A DNA stretch of 57,618 nt, the filler included, from an uncultured virus (IMG/VR IMGVR_UViG_2061766007_001532) (lineage: Duplodnaviria > Heunggongvirae > Uroviricota > Caudoviricetes). It is 6 parts of one record of this genome, joined end to end, with 100 filler letters (N's around TTAATTAATTAA, not from the genome) between each part and the next. Parts side by side here need not be neighbours in the genome. Positions count along the whole stretch, not along the records: positions 1 to 26,321 come from IMGVR_UViG_2061766007_001532; 5 more parts are not named here. The stretch is one strand, 5' to 3'. How positions within the stretch are numbered: the stretch's first letter is position 1; every line of letters starts with the position of its first letter. Shown in pieces: positions 1 through 9,012 of this stretch. A program made the position numbers and the translations under genes. The notes beneath the pieces were generated by a model. That model was not told the origin of the DNA. It was given only the letters and a program-made list of their open reading frames with translations, and made no database searches.

Positions 1-32
1 GTCGTTAGCCTTGTCCTGCTCTTGTGGATCAT

Positions 33-230
33 TTAATCACCCTCGCTTTCATCATCATTAGAGTAATCGGCAATCAGAACACAAGGAATATCCGCACCAA
101 AAAATGCGTATGTATCTAAATGCAAACCGAATACGCACCCGACAGTTCCGAAAATCTCCGTTTTCTTTGTCATTACCTCTAAATCATCAGGAAACTCGGC
201 TAACTTCTCTCTCAACTCCTTGACTGTCAT
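33..230 (-). CDS. small hypothetical phage protein (MTVKELREKL...)
   Basis: ATG at 230 directly after the upstream ORF stop; MTVKELxEKL start is common in small phage ORFs. Confidence 0.55.
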   Translation of the reverse strand: MTVKELREKLAEFPDDLEVMTKKTEIFGTVGCVFGLHLDTYAFFGADIPCVLIADYSNDDESEGD

Positions 231-231
231 A

Positions 232-543
232 TCACGCCTCGCTTTCGTAGGGTTTCGGTAAGGGTCTCCAAGCATAGACTTTATATGCCTTGTTAAATCC
301 GTTGTTGTGGTTTTCGTAATTATGTGCCCTGTTAAAGTTACCCTCAAACCTTGCCAAATCGACAACCATTTCCCAATGTGGTGCTCCGTCGGTGTCAAAT
401 GTACGATATTCAGAACTGCTTGGAATATACTCCTCTCGTGTAACTAAATACTGCCCATCATCTTCTGGCAACCTCTCCGATACTGGAATCCACCTGTCTG
501 NNNNNNNNNNTTTACAATGGGCGATAGCCTCGTCTAATGTCAT
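232..543 (-). CDS. DUF551-like phage protein (gapped)
   Basis: WIPVSERLPE...YLVT...AWRPLPKPY signature; RBS GAGGT upstream; N gap inside. Confidence 0.7.
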   Translation of the reverse strand: MTLDEAIAHCKXXXXDRWIPVSERLPEDDGQYLVTREEYIPSSSEYRTFDTDGAPHWEMVVDLARFEGNFNRAHNYENHNNGFNKAYKVYAWRPLPKPYESEA

Positions 544-911
544 AACTTACCTCACTCTCTAAACTTCCAATCAAGGTCTTGCTTTTCTTCTTCGGTGTGA
601 ACCGTTTTCGGCTGATTCTGAACCGTCCTAAACAGTTCGTCGAGCACATCGTCAACTCCGTCGGGTTCGGGTTCTTTGCCATTAGCAATAATCAAAGCAG
701 CNNNNNNNNNNGTGGCAGTGTTTAATAGCCTCGTCTAATGTCATATTTACCTCACTCTCTAAACTTCCAATCAAGGTCTTTCTTTTCTTCTTCATCGTGA
801 ACCGTTTTCGGCTGATTCTGAACTGTCTTGAACAGTTCTTCGAGCACATCATCAACTCCGTCGGGTTCGGGTTCTTTGCCATTAGCAATAATCAAAGCAG
901 CNNNNNNNNNN

Positions 912-1401
912 TTCTGCCGTTTCTGTCGGTTCGCCCTGCTCTGCCGTGGGCGTTGCCTGGGGTGTCGATTCTGCCTTACTGCCCGATGTGAAATATGTCT
1001 TGCTGATGTTTACGAGCGTTGCCTTACGCTTTTCGCCTCTGTCCTCGATTGAGCGTGTTTGAAGCTCGCCGGAAATGATAATCTCGCTACCCTTATGAAA
1101 ATACTTTGCGATATGCTCGGCTACCTTTTCCGAAGCGATACAGTCGATAAAATCTGCGTCATACTTGCCCTGCTGATTNNNNNNNNNNCTCACTTCCCTT
1201 GTGGAAGAACTTTGAGATATGCTCGGCTATCTTCTCCGAAGCGATACAATCAATAAAATCTGCGTCGTACTTGCCCTGCTGATTCTTGTAGTTTCTCTGT
1301 ACTGCGATTGAAAAGATCGTGTATGTCTTGCCGTTGCTTGCGGTCTTTAACTCAATATCCTTTGTGAGTTTGCCCTGTACTGTGATGTAATTTAATGCCA
1401 T
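912..1401 (-). CDS. ssb: single-stranded DNA-binding protein (two allelic fragments; acidic tail probably at 553-901)
   Basis: LNYITVQGKLTKDIELKT...FSIAVQRNY...ADFIDC...AEHI.K.FHKGSEIIISGELQTRS, a typical SSB OB-fold. Confidence 0.9.
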
Positions 1402-1535
1402 TGTGTTATTCTCCTTATACTTCGTAAGGCATTGTGCCTGTTCCTAACGCTTGCTTGTCGCCTGGTGTGTCAGGCAAAGCCAAAAACTTGCTTACCTTCT
1501 TCTCTGCACTCTTCCACAANNNNNNNNNNAATTTA

Positions 1536-1913
1536 TTAAACTTCGTAAGGTAAAAAGCCTTGTGGTATCTGTACGCTATCATCGGGTTCATATCCGAAGC
1601 CTATCCAATGGCAAAACTTATCAAGGTTTTCGTCCATTTCAGGGTTCTTGCCTGATTCAAGCGCATTTGGGATATACGGTTGATAAACAATCTCGGCTCT
1701 GACGATGTTATCCCTAATATCTGACGGTGCAGGAAAGAACTTGTTTGTTTCCAAGTGAAGCCTCGCCGCCTTATATACCGCGTCTGCCGAAAAATCGCCT
1801 AAAGTCATTTCCCAAGCCGCTACCATAGATTCAGGATCAGTAATCTTGCTCATAGTGTTTGGATATGAAGCCGCCAGGACTTTCAGTAGCTTTGCCGTTT
1901 CTTCTCTTGTCAT
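1536..1913 (-). CDS. replicative helicase loader/inhibitor, SPP1 G39P-like
   Basis: MTREETAKLLKVLAASYPN...W...L.D...HLETNKFFPAPSDIR pattern, directly downstream of the replication initiator. Confidence 0.7.
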   Translation of the reverse strand: MTREETAKLLKVLAASYPNTMSKITDPESMVAAWEMTLGDFSADAVYKAARLHLETNKFFPAPSDIRDNIVRAEIVYQPYIPNALESGKNPEMDENLDKFCHWIGFGYEPDDSVQIPQGFLPYEV

Positions 1914-1925
1914 ACTGATTACTCC

Positions 1926-2714
1926 TTATATGAAACTGTCAAAAGGATTGCCGGACGATAAGGTATTAGTGATCTGCCTCGGCGTTTCTTTCTGCTTACC
2001 TTCCCAAGTCCTGACCGCCGCTTTCCAATCTTTCATTTTGTTTTTCCCGATGTACCAACCTTTTGCTTCATAGAAACTTACGAACTTCTCTGCGTCTATT
2101 CCGTTGTTTCTTTCAAAACAATAGGTGGCAACTTCATCAACGGTAGGGGGTATAAAGTGAGATTGAGTTTTCTCTTTTACATTTCTCTTTATATCTATAT
2201 CTAACTCTTTCTCTATCTCTAACTCTTTCTCTATCTCTTGTCGGACATTGTCCGCTTTTGCGAGGACATTGTGAGGACACTTTGAGGACACTTCGAGGAC
2301 ATTGTCCTTATTTTGTCCTTCTTTTGTCTTTTCTTTGTCCTCTTTTTGTCCTTTTCTCTCCCGATATTCTTTCTTCTTTTTCGCCCACTCCGTTTCAAAC
2401 CCCGTCATAGATTTAACCTTGTCAATAAGAATCGTTCCGTCCTGGGTTATCTCTAAAAGTTTGAGGTCTTGCAGCCGTTTGAGCGAACTATTTACAACCT
2501 CAATATCCGTATCGGTAATCACGGATAACATTTCGGGTGAGTACGGCACTTCGTCAGAAAATCGCAACGCTCCTTCGTGATCTATACTTTCAAGCATAAG
2601 TTTGAGATAGAAAAGAACAGATAAATGACCGTCCGGCATAGCTTCAAGTATTTTTATGTCGTGCCGCTTGAAAAAGTCCTTTTTCAATTTCAGCCAAAAA
2701 TATTTTTTGCTCAT
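1926..2714 (-). CDS. phage replisome organizer / replication initiator
   Basis: YFWLKLKKDFF...IKILEAMPDG...LFYLKL...IPY-like N-terminus (Phage_rep_org_N); C-terminal FIPPTVDEV...GW.IGKNKMKDWKAAVRTWE; internal iterons. Confidence 0.85.
   Translation of the reverse strand: MSKKYFWLKLKKDFFKRHDIKILEAMPDGHLSVLFYLKLMLESIDHEGALRFSDEVPYSPEMLSVITDTDIEVVNSSLKRLQDLKLLEITQDGTILIDKVKSMTGFETEWAKKKKEYRERKGQKEDKEKTKEGQNKDNVLEVSSKCPHNVLAKADNVRQEIEKELEIEKELDIDIKRNVKEKTQSHFIPPTVDEVATYCFERNNGIDAEKFVSFYEAKGWYIGKNKMKDWKAAVRTWEGKQKETPRQITNTLSSGNPFDSFI
2242..2351. repeat. iteron array, putative replication origin inside the initiator gene
   Basis: GAGGACA at 2262, 2273, 2284, 2295 and inverted TGTC(C/T) at 2303, 2314, 2325, 2336, 2347 (11-bp period); palindrome CGGACATTGTCCG at 2242-2254. 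Confidence 0.75.
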
Positions 2715-2767
2715 ATCTTTCTCCTATCTAACCGTTGCCGTGTTACCGACAACGGCTACGATCATTC

Positions 2768-3626
2768 TCAAATCTCAAAAGGCGGTTCGTTTGCTTCATC
2801 AATCAAACTTGCAGCCTGACTACCAAACATAATATTGTCGGTGTTTCCCTTTGCAGCCTGATTGCCAAACATAATATCGTCGATACTGTTCTGACCGTCA
2901 NNNNNNNNNNGTGATTACCTTTTCCGCTACAACGCTCTGTACGGGCGTTTCTACGGCGTTCTGCGTAGGGGTATCTTCTTCGGGCATAGGTATAGGTGTT
3001 TCGTCAAGCACGATTTCCTTACCTGTTGTATCGGCAATCGTCTTATCCATTTCGCTTGCGTCATACATAGCCGTTGTTTCTTCGGGGAAAGCCTCTCTCA
3101 ACGCCTGGGCAACGGCGACCTTACGAATCATCGTTGCAGGTTTGGAAAGCCAATTTGACTTACCTGTTGAGTATTCTTTCATAGAAACCGATGTGTAAAC
3201 GGGGTTGATGTAGTTGTTGACAAAGACCTTTGCCCAACCGCCTACGAGCGTTTCGTTATCGAGAACGAATGTACCCTCTCTTTCGATTAATTTACCGTCT
3301 GCACCAACAACGATAACGCCTGCTTGTATACCCTCATATTTGGGTGAACGCATAGCTCTTTTCAAGAGAACGTCCTTGCCTACTACCATTGTTGCCGGAG
3401 AACTGCCGTACTTAATAAGATAAACCTCACGGAGAAACGGGTTAAGTTTCTGATACTTGCAAAGCGACAAGAACATTGTCAACTCCTGATCCGTGATAGC
3501 TCCGTTGCCGTTTACGAGCGTGTTTCTGACGGTGGACGGCTTCAAGATAACCTCGCCGTTAGGTGTGTCGTACTTCACCTTGATTTCGGTATTCTGTACT
3601 TTTGCTAATGAATTGTTTACTGCCAT
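2768..3626 (-). CDS. recT: RecT/Redbeta single-strand annealing recombinase
   Basis: FLSLCKYQKLNPFLREVYLIKY...GGWAKV...W.SKPATMIRKVAVAQALREAFP; the frame continues past the N gap to ...EPPFEI stop at 2768; allelic fragment at 3661-3819. Confidence 0.85.
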
Positions 3627-3639
3627 TTTCTTTTTCTCC

Positions 3640-4413
3640 TTATATTCTTANNNNNNNNNNACACAAGGAAAGAAACATTGTTACTTCCTGATTAGTGATC
3701 GCACCGTTGCCGTTTACGAGCATTGTCTTGACCGTTGACGGCTTCAAGATAACCATTTCGCCTGACGGTGTTTCGTACTTGATTTCGGGTTCTGCGGTAG
3801 TCTTTGCTAATGAATTGTTNNNNNNNNNNNNNNNNNNNNNNNNNNNNNNNNNNNNNNNNNNNNNNNNNNNNNNNNNNNNNNNNNNNNNNNNNNNNNNNNN
3901 NNNNNNNNNNNNNNNNNNNNNNNNNNNNNNNNNNNNNNNNNNNNNNNNNNNNNNNNNNNNNNNNNNNNNNNNNNNNNNNNNNNNNNNNNNNNNNNNNNNN
4001 NNNNNNNNNNNNNNNNNNNNNNNNNNNNNNNNNNNNNNNNNNNNNNNNNNNNNNNNNNNNNNNNNNNNNNNNNNNNNNNNNNNNNNNNNNNNNNNNNNNN
4101 NNNNNNNNNNNNNNNNNNNNNNNNNNNNNNNNNNNNNNNNNNNNNNNNNNNNNNNNNNNNNNNNNNNNNNNNNNNNNNNNNNNNNNNNNNNNNNNNNNNN
4201 NNNNNNNNNNNNNNNNNNNNNNNNNNNNNNNNNNNNNNNNNNNNNNNNNNNNNNNNNNNNNNNNNNNNNNNNNNNNNNNNNNNNNNNNNNNNNNNNNNNN
4301 NNNNNNNNNNNNNNNNNNNNNNNNNNNNNNNNNNNNNNNNNNNNNNNNNNNNNNNNNNNNNNNNNNNNNNNNNNNNNNNNTTTAGGTGCGTTGACCTTCA
4401 ATTCGAGATTCAT
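3640..4413 (-). CDS. probable DUF1351-like protein, almost entirely within an N gap
   Basis: Only MNLELKVNAPK and an RBS are visible; position between yqaJ and recT is typical. Confidence 0.3.
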   Translation of the reverse strand: MNLELKVNAPKXXXXXXXXXXXXXXXXXXXXXXXXXXXXXXXXXXXXXXXXXXXXXXXXXXXXXXXXXXXXXXXXXXXXXXXXXXXXXXXXXXXXXXXXXXXXXXXXXXXXXXXXXXXXXXXXXXXXXXXXXXXXXXXXXXXXXXXXXXXXXXXXXXXXXXXXXXXXXXXXXXXXXXXXXXXXXXXXXXXXXXXXXXXNNSLAKTTAEPEIKYETPSGEMVILKPSTVKTMLVNGNGAITNQEVTMFLSLCXXXXRI

Positions 4414-4432
4414 TTTTTGGTTATTTCTCCCT

Positions 4433-5421
4433 TCATAAAGTTAAGATTCTCGGCGGTTCTTGTTTCTTCTTTAATCTGTCATAGNNNNNNNNNNCTCTTG
4501 TTTCTTCTTCAATCTGTCATAGAACTTTGCCGCCGCTTCCATAACGATTGGTATATCTTCTTCACATTCAGAACGCTCGATATGGTAATCACGTTCTATG
4601 AAAAACTTGTTGCCTGGGTACTCGTATCTCAACCTTGCTCGCAAGTCCACATAGTCCCATTCGGTAATTCCGAGATAGTAAACAACTTGACAATAATAGT
4701 TATCAGGTATTCTGCCGTCCCACTTCTCGGCTTGTGCTTTGCTCGTAATAATCGCCGTCTTGATTTCGAGTATACCCTTACGGTCTGTTTCCTTTTCTCT
4801 GCTCCAACCGTCTANNNNNNNNNNCTCCGAGATAATAAACCACTTGGCAATAGTAGTTATCAGGAATACGATTATTCCACTTCTCGGCTTGTGCTTTGCT
4901 TGTAATGATCGCCGTCTTGCTTTCAAACACGCCCTTGCGGTCTGTTTCCTTTTCCCTACTCCAACCGTCGAGGCTTGCCGCCGCAAACGGATATTTCGAG
5001 TTGTGCCAAGAGTTGTTTTCGACATAGGACACTTCGAGTTCGGGGTGGTCGAGGGCGAACAATGCCCTGATGTGCTCTTCGGCTTTCGTACCGTAAGCAA
5101 CCGCTTCGTTGCCCGATAAGTCGGGNNNNNNNNNNTTGAGTTATGCCAGGAATTGTATTCGACATAGGACACTTCAAGTTCGGGGTGGTCGAGTGTAAAC
5201 AACGCTCTGATGTGTTCTTCGGCTTTCGTGCCGTACTCAACCGCTTCGTTGCCTGATAAGTCAGGTGCTTCGACAAGTCCTATCTTCTCTCTGTAAAGTT
5301 CGATATTTGACTTCCATGCGTTTAAACCCAATATGCAAGCCACATCACTACCGCCTATGAATTTCGCTCGATTTTTCAGCCAAGAATTACGGTTCTTGCA
5401 TTTCTTCATTTCAACCGACAT
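4433..5421 (-). CDS. YqaJ-like viral recombinase exonuclease (overlapping allelic fragments)
   Basis: WLKNRAKFIGGSDVACILGLN.WKS...YG.KAE...ASLDG...ILEIKT...IPDNYYCQV..YL; stop after PPRILTL at 4433. Confidence 0.85.
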
Positions 5422-5653
5422 TGTAAACCTCTTTCTTCGGACACTTTACAATCGAATATCTCTTGACATAGCTTGTTGTGCCGTCAGCGTTCTCAACCTT
5501 GATGTACTCGTCGATGATAACGAAACCCATTTCTGTCATATCGTAGATACGGCTTGCAAGGCGGTAGATACCCAACTTATAAGCGTCCCTCTGCGTTATC
5601 CAAGTGTGAACCTTGCAGAAATCAACGATCTTCTGAACCTGTGTAATCTTCAT
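5411..5653 (-). CDS. winged helix-turn-helix protein
   Basis: TQVQKIVDF...ITQRDA..LGIYRLASRIYDM...GFVI pattern; RBS AAGGAG before ATG at 5653. Confidence 0.65.
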   Translation of the reverse strand: MKITQVQKIVDFCKVHTWITQRDAYKLGIYRLASRIYDMTEMGFVIIDEYIKVENADGTTSYVKRYSIVKCPKKEVYNVG

Positions 5654-5904
5654 ACGCTTACTATCTCCTTTGGTTCTAAATGAGGTCTTAAAATCGTGTA
5701 GCCTTTGGGAAGTCCTGTTATGGTCTGCTTGATATACAGGTGGCAAGGCTTACCCTTGAACTTCAAGCCTTTTTCGTTGATGTATTCCCTCATAATTTTC
5801 GTAGCCTTGTCGAAGTAAACTCCGTAATCGAGAATGACAGGTCTGAAAGCTCCCTCTTTTCTCGGCTCGATAACGATGTAATAAAGAATCTCGTACTCGT
5901 ACAT
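5650..5904 (-). CDS. hypothetical protein
   Basis: AAGGAG RBS before ATG 5904; tightly packed in the early operon. Confidence 0.5.
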   Translation of the reverse strand: MYEYEILYYIVIEPRKEGAFRPVILDYGVYFDKATKIMREYINEKGLKFKGKPCHLYIKQTITGLPKGYTILRPHLEPKEIVSV

Positions 5905-5915
5905 TTCAAATCTCC

Positions 5916-6179
5916 TTAAAAATCTATCCATTGGTCTGCGTACTCTTTGTCTGTCCTTAACTTCTCTTGCCGGACACGTTCCATACAGTCGATAATTTCT
6001 TCGGGATCAACGATTGATTTGAGCCAACTGTCGTTTGTAAGGAAGTTCCGCAGGAAGTTTTGAAAACTGACTAAATCGGTCTTGCTATGCCTGGATATGT
6101 ACTCTCTCGTCATATCTTCCATACACTTCACGCCTAACCGAATAACGCCCTCGTCGTTGTAATCTTCGGGTTTCGTCAT
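5916..6179 (-). CDS. hypothetical protein
   Basis: ATGA overlap with the upstream ORF and an RBS. Confidence 0.55.
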   Translation of the reverse strand: MTKPEDYNDEGVIRLGVKCMEDMTREYISRHSKTDLVSFQNFLRNFLTNDSWLKSIVDPEEIIDCMERVRQEKLRTDKEYADQWIDF

Positions 6180-6361
6180 ATAACGTCCCCCTTTTCATTC
6201 AAAACAACATCGGTAATCATTCGCTTGCCGCAATAAGGGCAAAATGTGAACTTGTGGTATTTATTGGTCTTATGACAATGAGTGCAGGTGTAGTGATAAT
6301 GCGTTTTGTCTTTCTGCGTTCTTATCCAATACGCAGGTTCACCCTTGATTTCCATACGCAT
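6176..6361 (-). CDS. small zinc-ribbon protein
   Basis: W...YTCTHC...FCPYCGKRM. Confidence 0.65.
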   Translation of the reverse strand: MRMEIKGEPAYWIRTQKDKTHYHYTCTHCHKTNKYHKFTFCPYCGKRMITDVVLNEKGDVI

Positions 6362-6582
6362 TACCCAACTTTCTTCACGGGTGGAAAATCAATGTCGAGC
6401 GTTTCCTTATTGGGTGTCGCATACTCGGTAACGTGGTAGTGTCTGTTGACCTTGATGTTTGCAGGACGGATAACTCTCGCTGATAACTTCTCTTTTTCCT
6501 TGTCCTCTGCGTAGCACTTACCTGCCCAAAAGCAAAGAACTCCAACCGCTACATAAGAAATGACTACTAAAGTTTCTAACAT
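6361..6582 (-). CDS. small membrane-anchored hypothetical protein
   Basis: N-terminal hydrophobic helix LVVISYVAVGVLCFWAG. Confidence 0.5.
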   Translation of the reverse strand: MLETLVVISYVAVGVLCFWAGKCYAEDKEKEKLSARVIRPANIKVNRHYHVTEYATPNKETLDIDFPPVKKVG

Positions 6583-6788
6583 TCGCTTACTCTCCTTTTC
6601 AGTAAAAACTCTCTCGAAAGTCCTGTGTAGTTCTCCAACCTCTTAATCTCGTACTCGCTGAATGGTCTTTTACCCGATAACGACCTTGTTACGGTCTGAT
6701 GTGAGCAGAAAAGCACCTTTGCGAGTTCGTCCCTATTCCGAAACTGTTTAGCGAGATTGGGAAAGTTATATGTCCTTGAATTTTTCAC
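6576..6788 (-). CDS. HTH DNA-binding protein (Cro/Xis-like)
   Basis: FPNL...RDELAKVLFCSHQTVTRSLSGKRPFSEYEI...LSREFL. Confidence 0.7.
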   Translation of the reverse strand: MKNSRTYNFPNLAKQFRNRDELAKVLFCSHQTVTRSLSGKRPFSEYEIKRLENYTGLSREFLLKRRVSEC

Positions 6789-6823
6789 TCGCTTATCTCC
6801 TTTAGTTCACAAACGGTGTACTC

Positions 6824-7024
6824 TTATGTTAAAAAAATTTCCACCTTTTCCTGATCTGTAAGTCCTGCAATTTCCGAGAACTTCTGTGCTTCATCAACCG
6901 TTATCGGTGCCTTGCCGTTTAACTTGTTCGCTACGGTCTGCTTGGTCTTACCCCAAATCGCACCCAACTCTTTTCGGTTGATATTCTTCTCTGCGAGCTT
7001 GCCTTTGAACTTTGCCAAATTCAT
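6824..7024 (-). CDS. Cro-like XRE repressor
   Basis: KFKGKLAEKNINRKELGAIWGKTKQTVANKLNGK...IF; RBS GGAGG before ATG 7024; divergent from the CI-like gene. Confidence 0.8.
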   Translation of the reverse strand: MNLAKFKGKLAEKNINRKELGAIWGKTKQTVANKLNGKAPITVDEAQKFSEIAGLTDQEKVEIFLT

Positions 7025-7060
7025 TTGTCGGTGTGCCTCCTTCCTTGTTGTGATAGCACA

Positions 7061-7145
7061 AGTGTATTCTATTTGTGTACCTCTGTCAAGTAGTTTTTCC
7101 CTCGAATACAAAAAATTTGCATTTAATTTGTGGACACCTTATTAT
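7061..7145. promoter_or_regulatory. divergent lytic/lysogenic promoters with 17-bp operators
   Basis: Leftward TTGACA(7089-7084)-17-TACACT(7066-7061); rightward TTGCAT(7117)-17-TATTAT(7140); operator-like 17-mers at 7064-7080 and 7119-7135. Confidence 0.7.
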
Positions 7146-7171
7146 ATTAGTAAGGAAATGGGGGTGATAAT

Positions 7172-7516
7172 ATGTTATCAACACAAGAACAAAGAGAGAT
7201 TTTAGGCAGAAAAGTTGAAGCACTACGCAAGGCAAAAGGAATGACGCAAGGGGAATTAGCCAAGCTCGCAGGCTTTAGCGGTAGAGCCGCAATCAATAAC
7301 ATCGAGAAAGCGCATAGCGGTATAAACGTCGGAAGATTGCCCGATTTAGCAAGGGCATTGGGCGTTGATCCTCTCGTATTATTCGACAATGACAAACAAC
7401 CCGACTTCACTCTCGACGGTGTTCTTATCGAGAAAATGAAAAGGCTCGACGATAAGGAAAGAAAACAGATTGAGGCTATGATTGATGTTCTTCTCCAAAA
7501 TAGAGAAAACCCCTGA
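7172..7516 (+). CDS. CI-like XRE-family repressor (no peptidase domain)
   Basis: LGRKVEALRKAKGMTQGELAKLAGFSGRAAINNIEK...LARALGVDPL. Confidence 0.85.
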   Translation: MLSTQEQREILGRKVEALRKAKGMTQGELAKLAGFSGRAAINNIEKAHSGINVGRLPDLARALGVDPLVLFDNDKQPDFTLDGVLIEKMKRLDDKERKQIEAMIDVLLQNRENP

Positions 7517-7531
7517 TAATGTCAGGGGTTT
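7507..7531. terminator. hairpin at the CI stop codon, likely terminator (T-tract on the minus strand)
   Basis: AAACCCCTGA-TAATG-TCAGGGGTTT perfect stem. Confidence 0.65.
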
Positions 7532-7609
7532 CCATAGGAGATTTGCGTAATGATTCGGAACATATACGCCTATTGAGTAAGCACCTTTATTATACCAAAA
7601 GGGGATAAA

Positions 7610-8685
7610 ATGATTCAACCCAAGTGGTCGCCGTCGCTTCAAAAGTGGCATATAGATTTATACTCCGGCACGAAGCGTGTCAAAACATTCTGGTCTTGCA
7701 AAAAGGGTAAGCAAGGTCGTGATGAAGTGCTGCGGAAATACGAGGCATACATAGGCGGTGCAGATTCAGATATAACCGTTGAGGGCGAGTTTTTGCGTTT
7801 TCTCGAAGATTACAAAGCGAGAGTGTTGCCCGAAACCTACGATGATGTTAAACGCAGGGCGAATACTTATATACTCCCCAAGATAGGCGCAAGGCGGCTG
7901 CGAACTACCCGCATAACCGATTTTCAGAATGTAATCAACTCCGCAACGAAAAAGGACGGCTCGCCTCTTTCCAAGAAAAGTTTAATGAATATCCGAGGCG
8001 TTTTGGTTCAATTTTTGAAGTTCGCAAGTAATGACGGTNNNNNNNNNNNNNNNNNNNNNNNGTCCCTGCAAGCTCGCAAACTGTCGGAAAGCAAATTATC
8101 CCTCTTGAAGCGGTAAAGCGTCTAATGGACGATAAAGAGGCAAATACGGGTATATGCTATTTCGTGCATTATTTCAGATTTCTCTTGCTCACGGGTGTAC
8201 GCCCTGGCGAGGCATTAGCGTTGAGGTATTCGGATATTGACGAGAACAACTTTGTTACGATCACAACGAGCATAAATACACACTATCGGATAACAAGCGG
8301 TAAGAATAAGAACGCAAGGCGAAGATTCAAGTTGCCTCAAAAGGCATTAGAGGTTATCGAGCAACAAAAGGCATTTACAGGGTGGCTTGAAAGCGAATAT
8401 ATCTTCTGCGGTTATGACGGCGAGCCTGCACATCAGAATACGGTGTATAAGGCGTGGCGAAAACTCGCAAAGAAGATAGGTGCTGACGGCACATCGTTGT
8501 ACTCATTCAGACACAGTTTCGTTTCGTATTATGGCGGTGCGTTGCCGTTGCCTTATTTGAAAACCATTGTCGGGCATAGCGTCAATATGAATACTTATCA
8601 CTACTACCACGAAAACGACAAGCAATCTGAACAGGCTGCGTCGATTTTGGATAATGTAAACATTAGCGGTTTTATTAGCGGTTAA
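7610..8685 (+). CDS. int: tyrosine integrase (one gene spanning an N gap)
   Basis: SAM-like core-binding domain, then TGVRPGEALAL...K..R...YSFRHSF...VGHS...TYHYYH catalytic motifs. Confidence 0.9.
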
Positions 8686-8880
8686 GGTATCAAAACCCGT
8701 GTTCCATAGTCCCAAGCGTCAAGTAGAAATGCACTATTTTCAAGGGTTTTGGGGGTTATGAGGTTTGTGTGAAACTTTAGGCAAGTAGTTCAAGTCCCGT
8801 ATGCTCCACCAAAAAGAATACAGTATTTGCAAGGAATACGGCATTTGCTACCGCCAATCATTAGCGGTTGATTAGCGGTT
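8662..8880 (+). mobile_element. attP site: tRNA-Ala/tmRNA-like 3' core with arm-type repeats
   Basis: GTTCAAGTCCCGTATGCTCCACCA at 8788-8811; ATTAGCGGTT at 8662, 8674, 8860, 8871 plus a degenerate inverted copy at 8849-8858. Confidence 0.8.
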
Positions 8881-8941
8881 AGGTTCGTGCTATATTGAAA
8901 GTGCCTACCTCTATCAGACACAAATATTCAATCAGGCATTA

Positions 8942-8974
8942 GAAAAGGACACCCGATATTCGAGTGTCCTTTTC
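8942..8974. terminator. bidirectional intrinsic terminator
   Basis: GAAAAGGACAC...GTGTCCTTTTC, between the attP region and the convergent lysin. Confidence 0.8.
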
Positions 8975-9012
8975 CATTGGAGAAATAGGGTATATATGGG
9001 ATAGTTATACCT

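Noticed and set aside
8038..8125. Split or frameshifted integrase
   Set aside because: The frame break falls at an N gap of uncertain length
8740..8811. Full tRNA gene
   Set aside because: Only the T-loop to CCA portion is present; no matching 5' acceptor strand or T-stem
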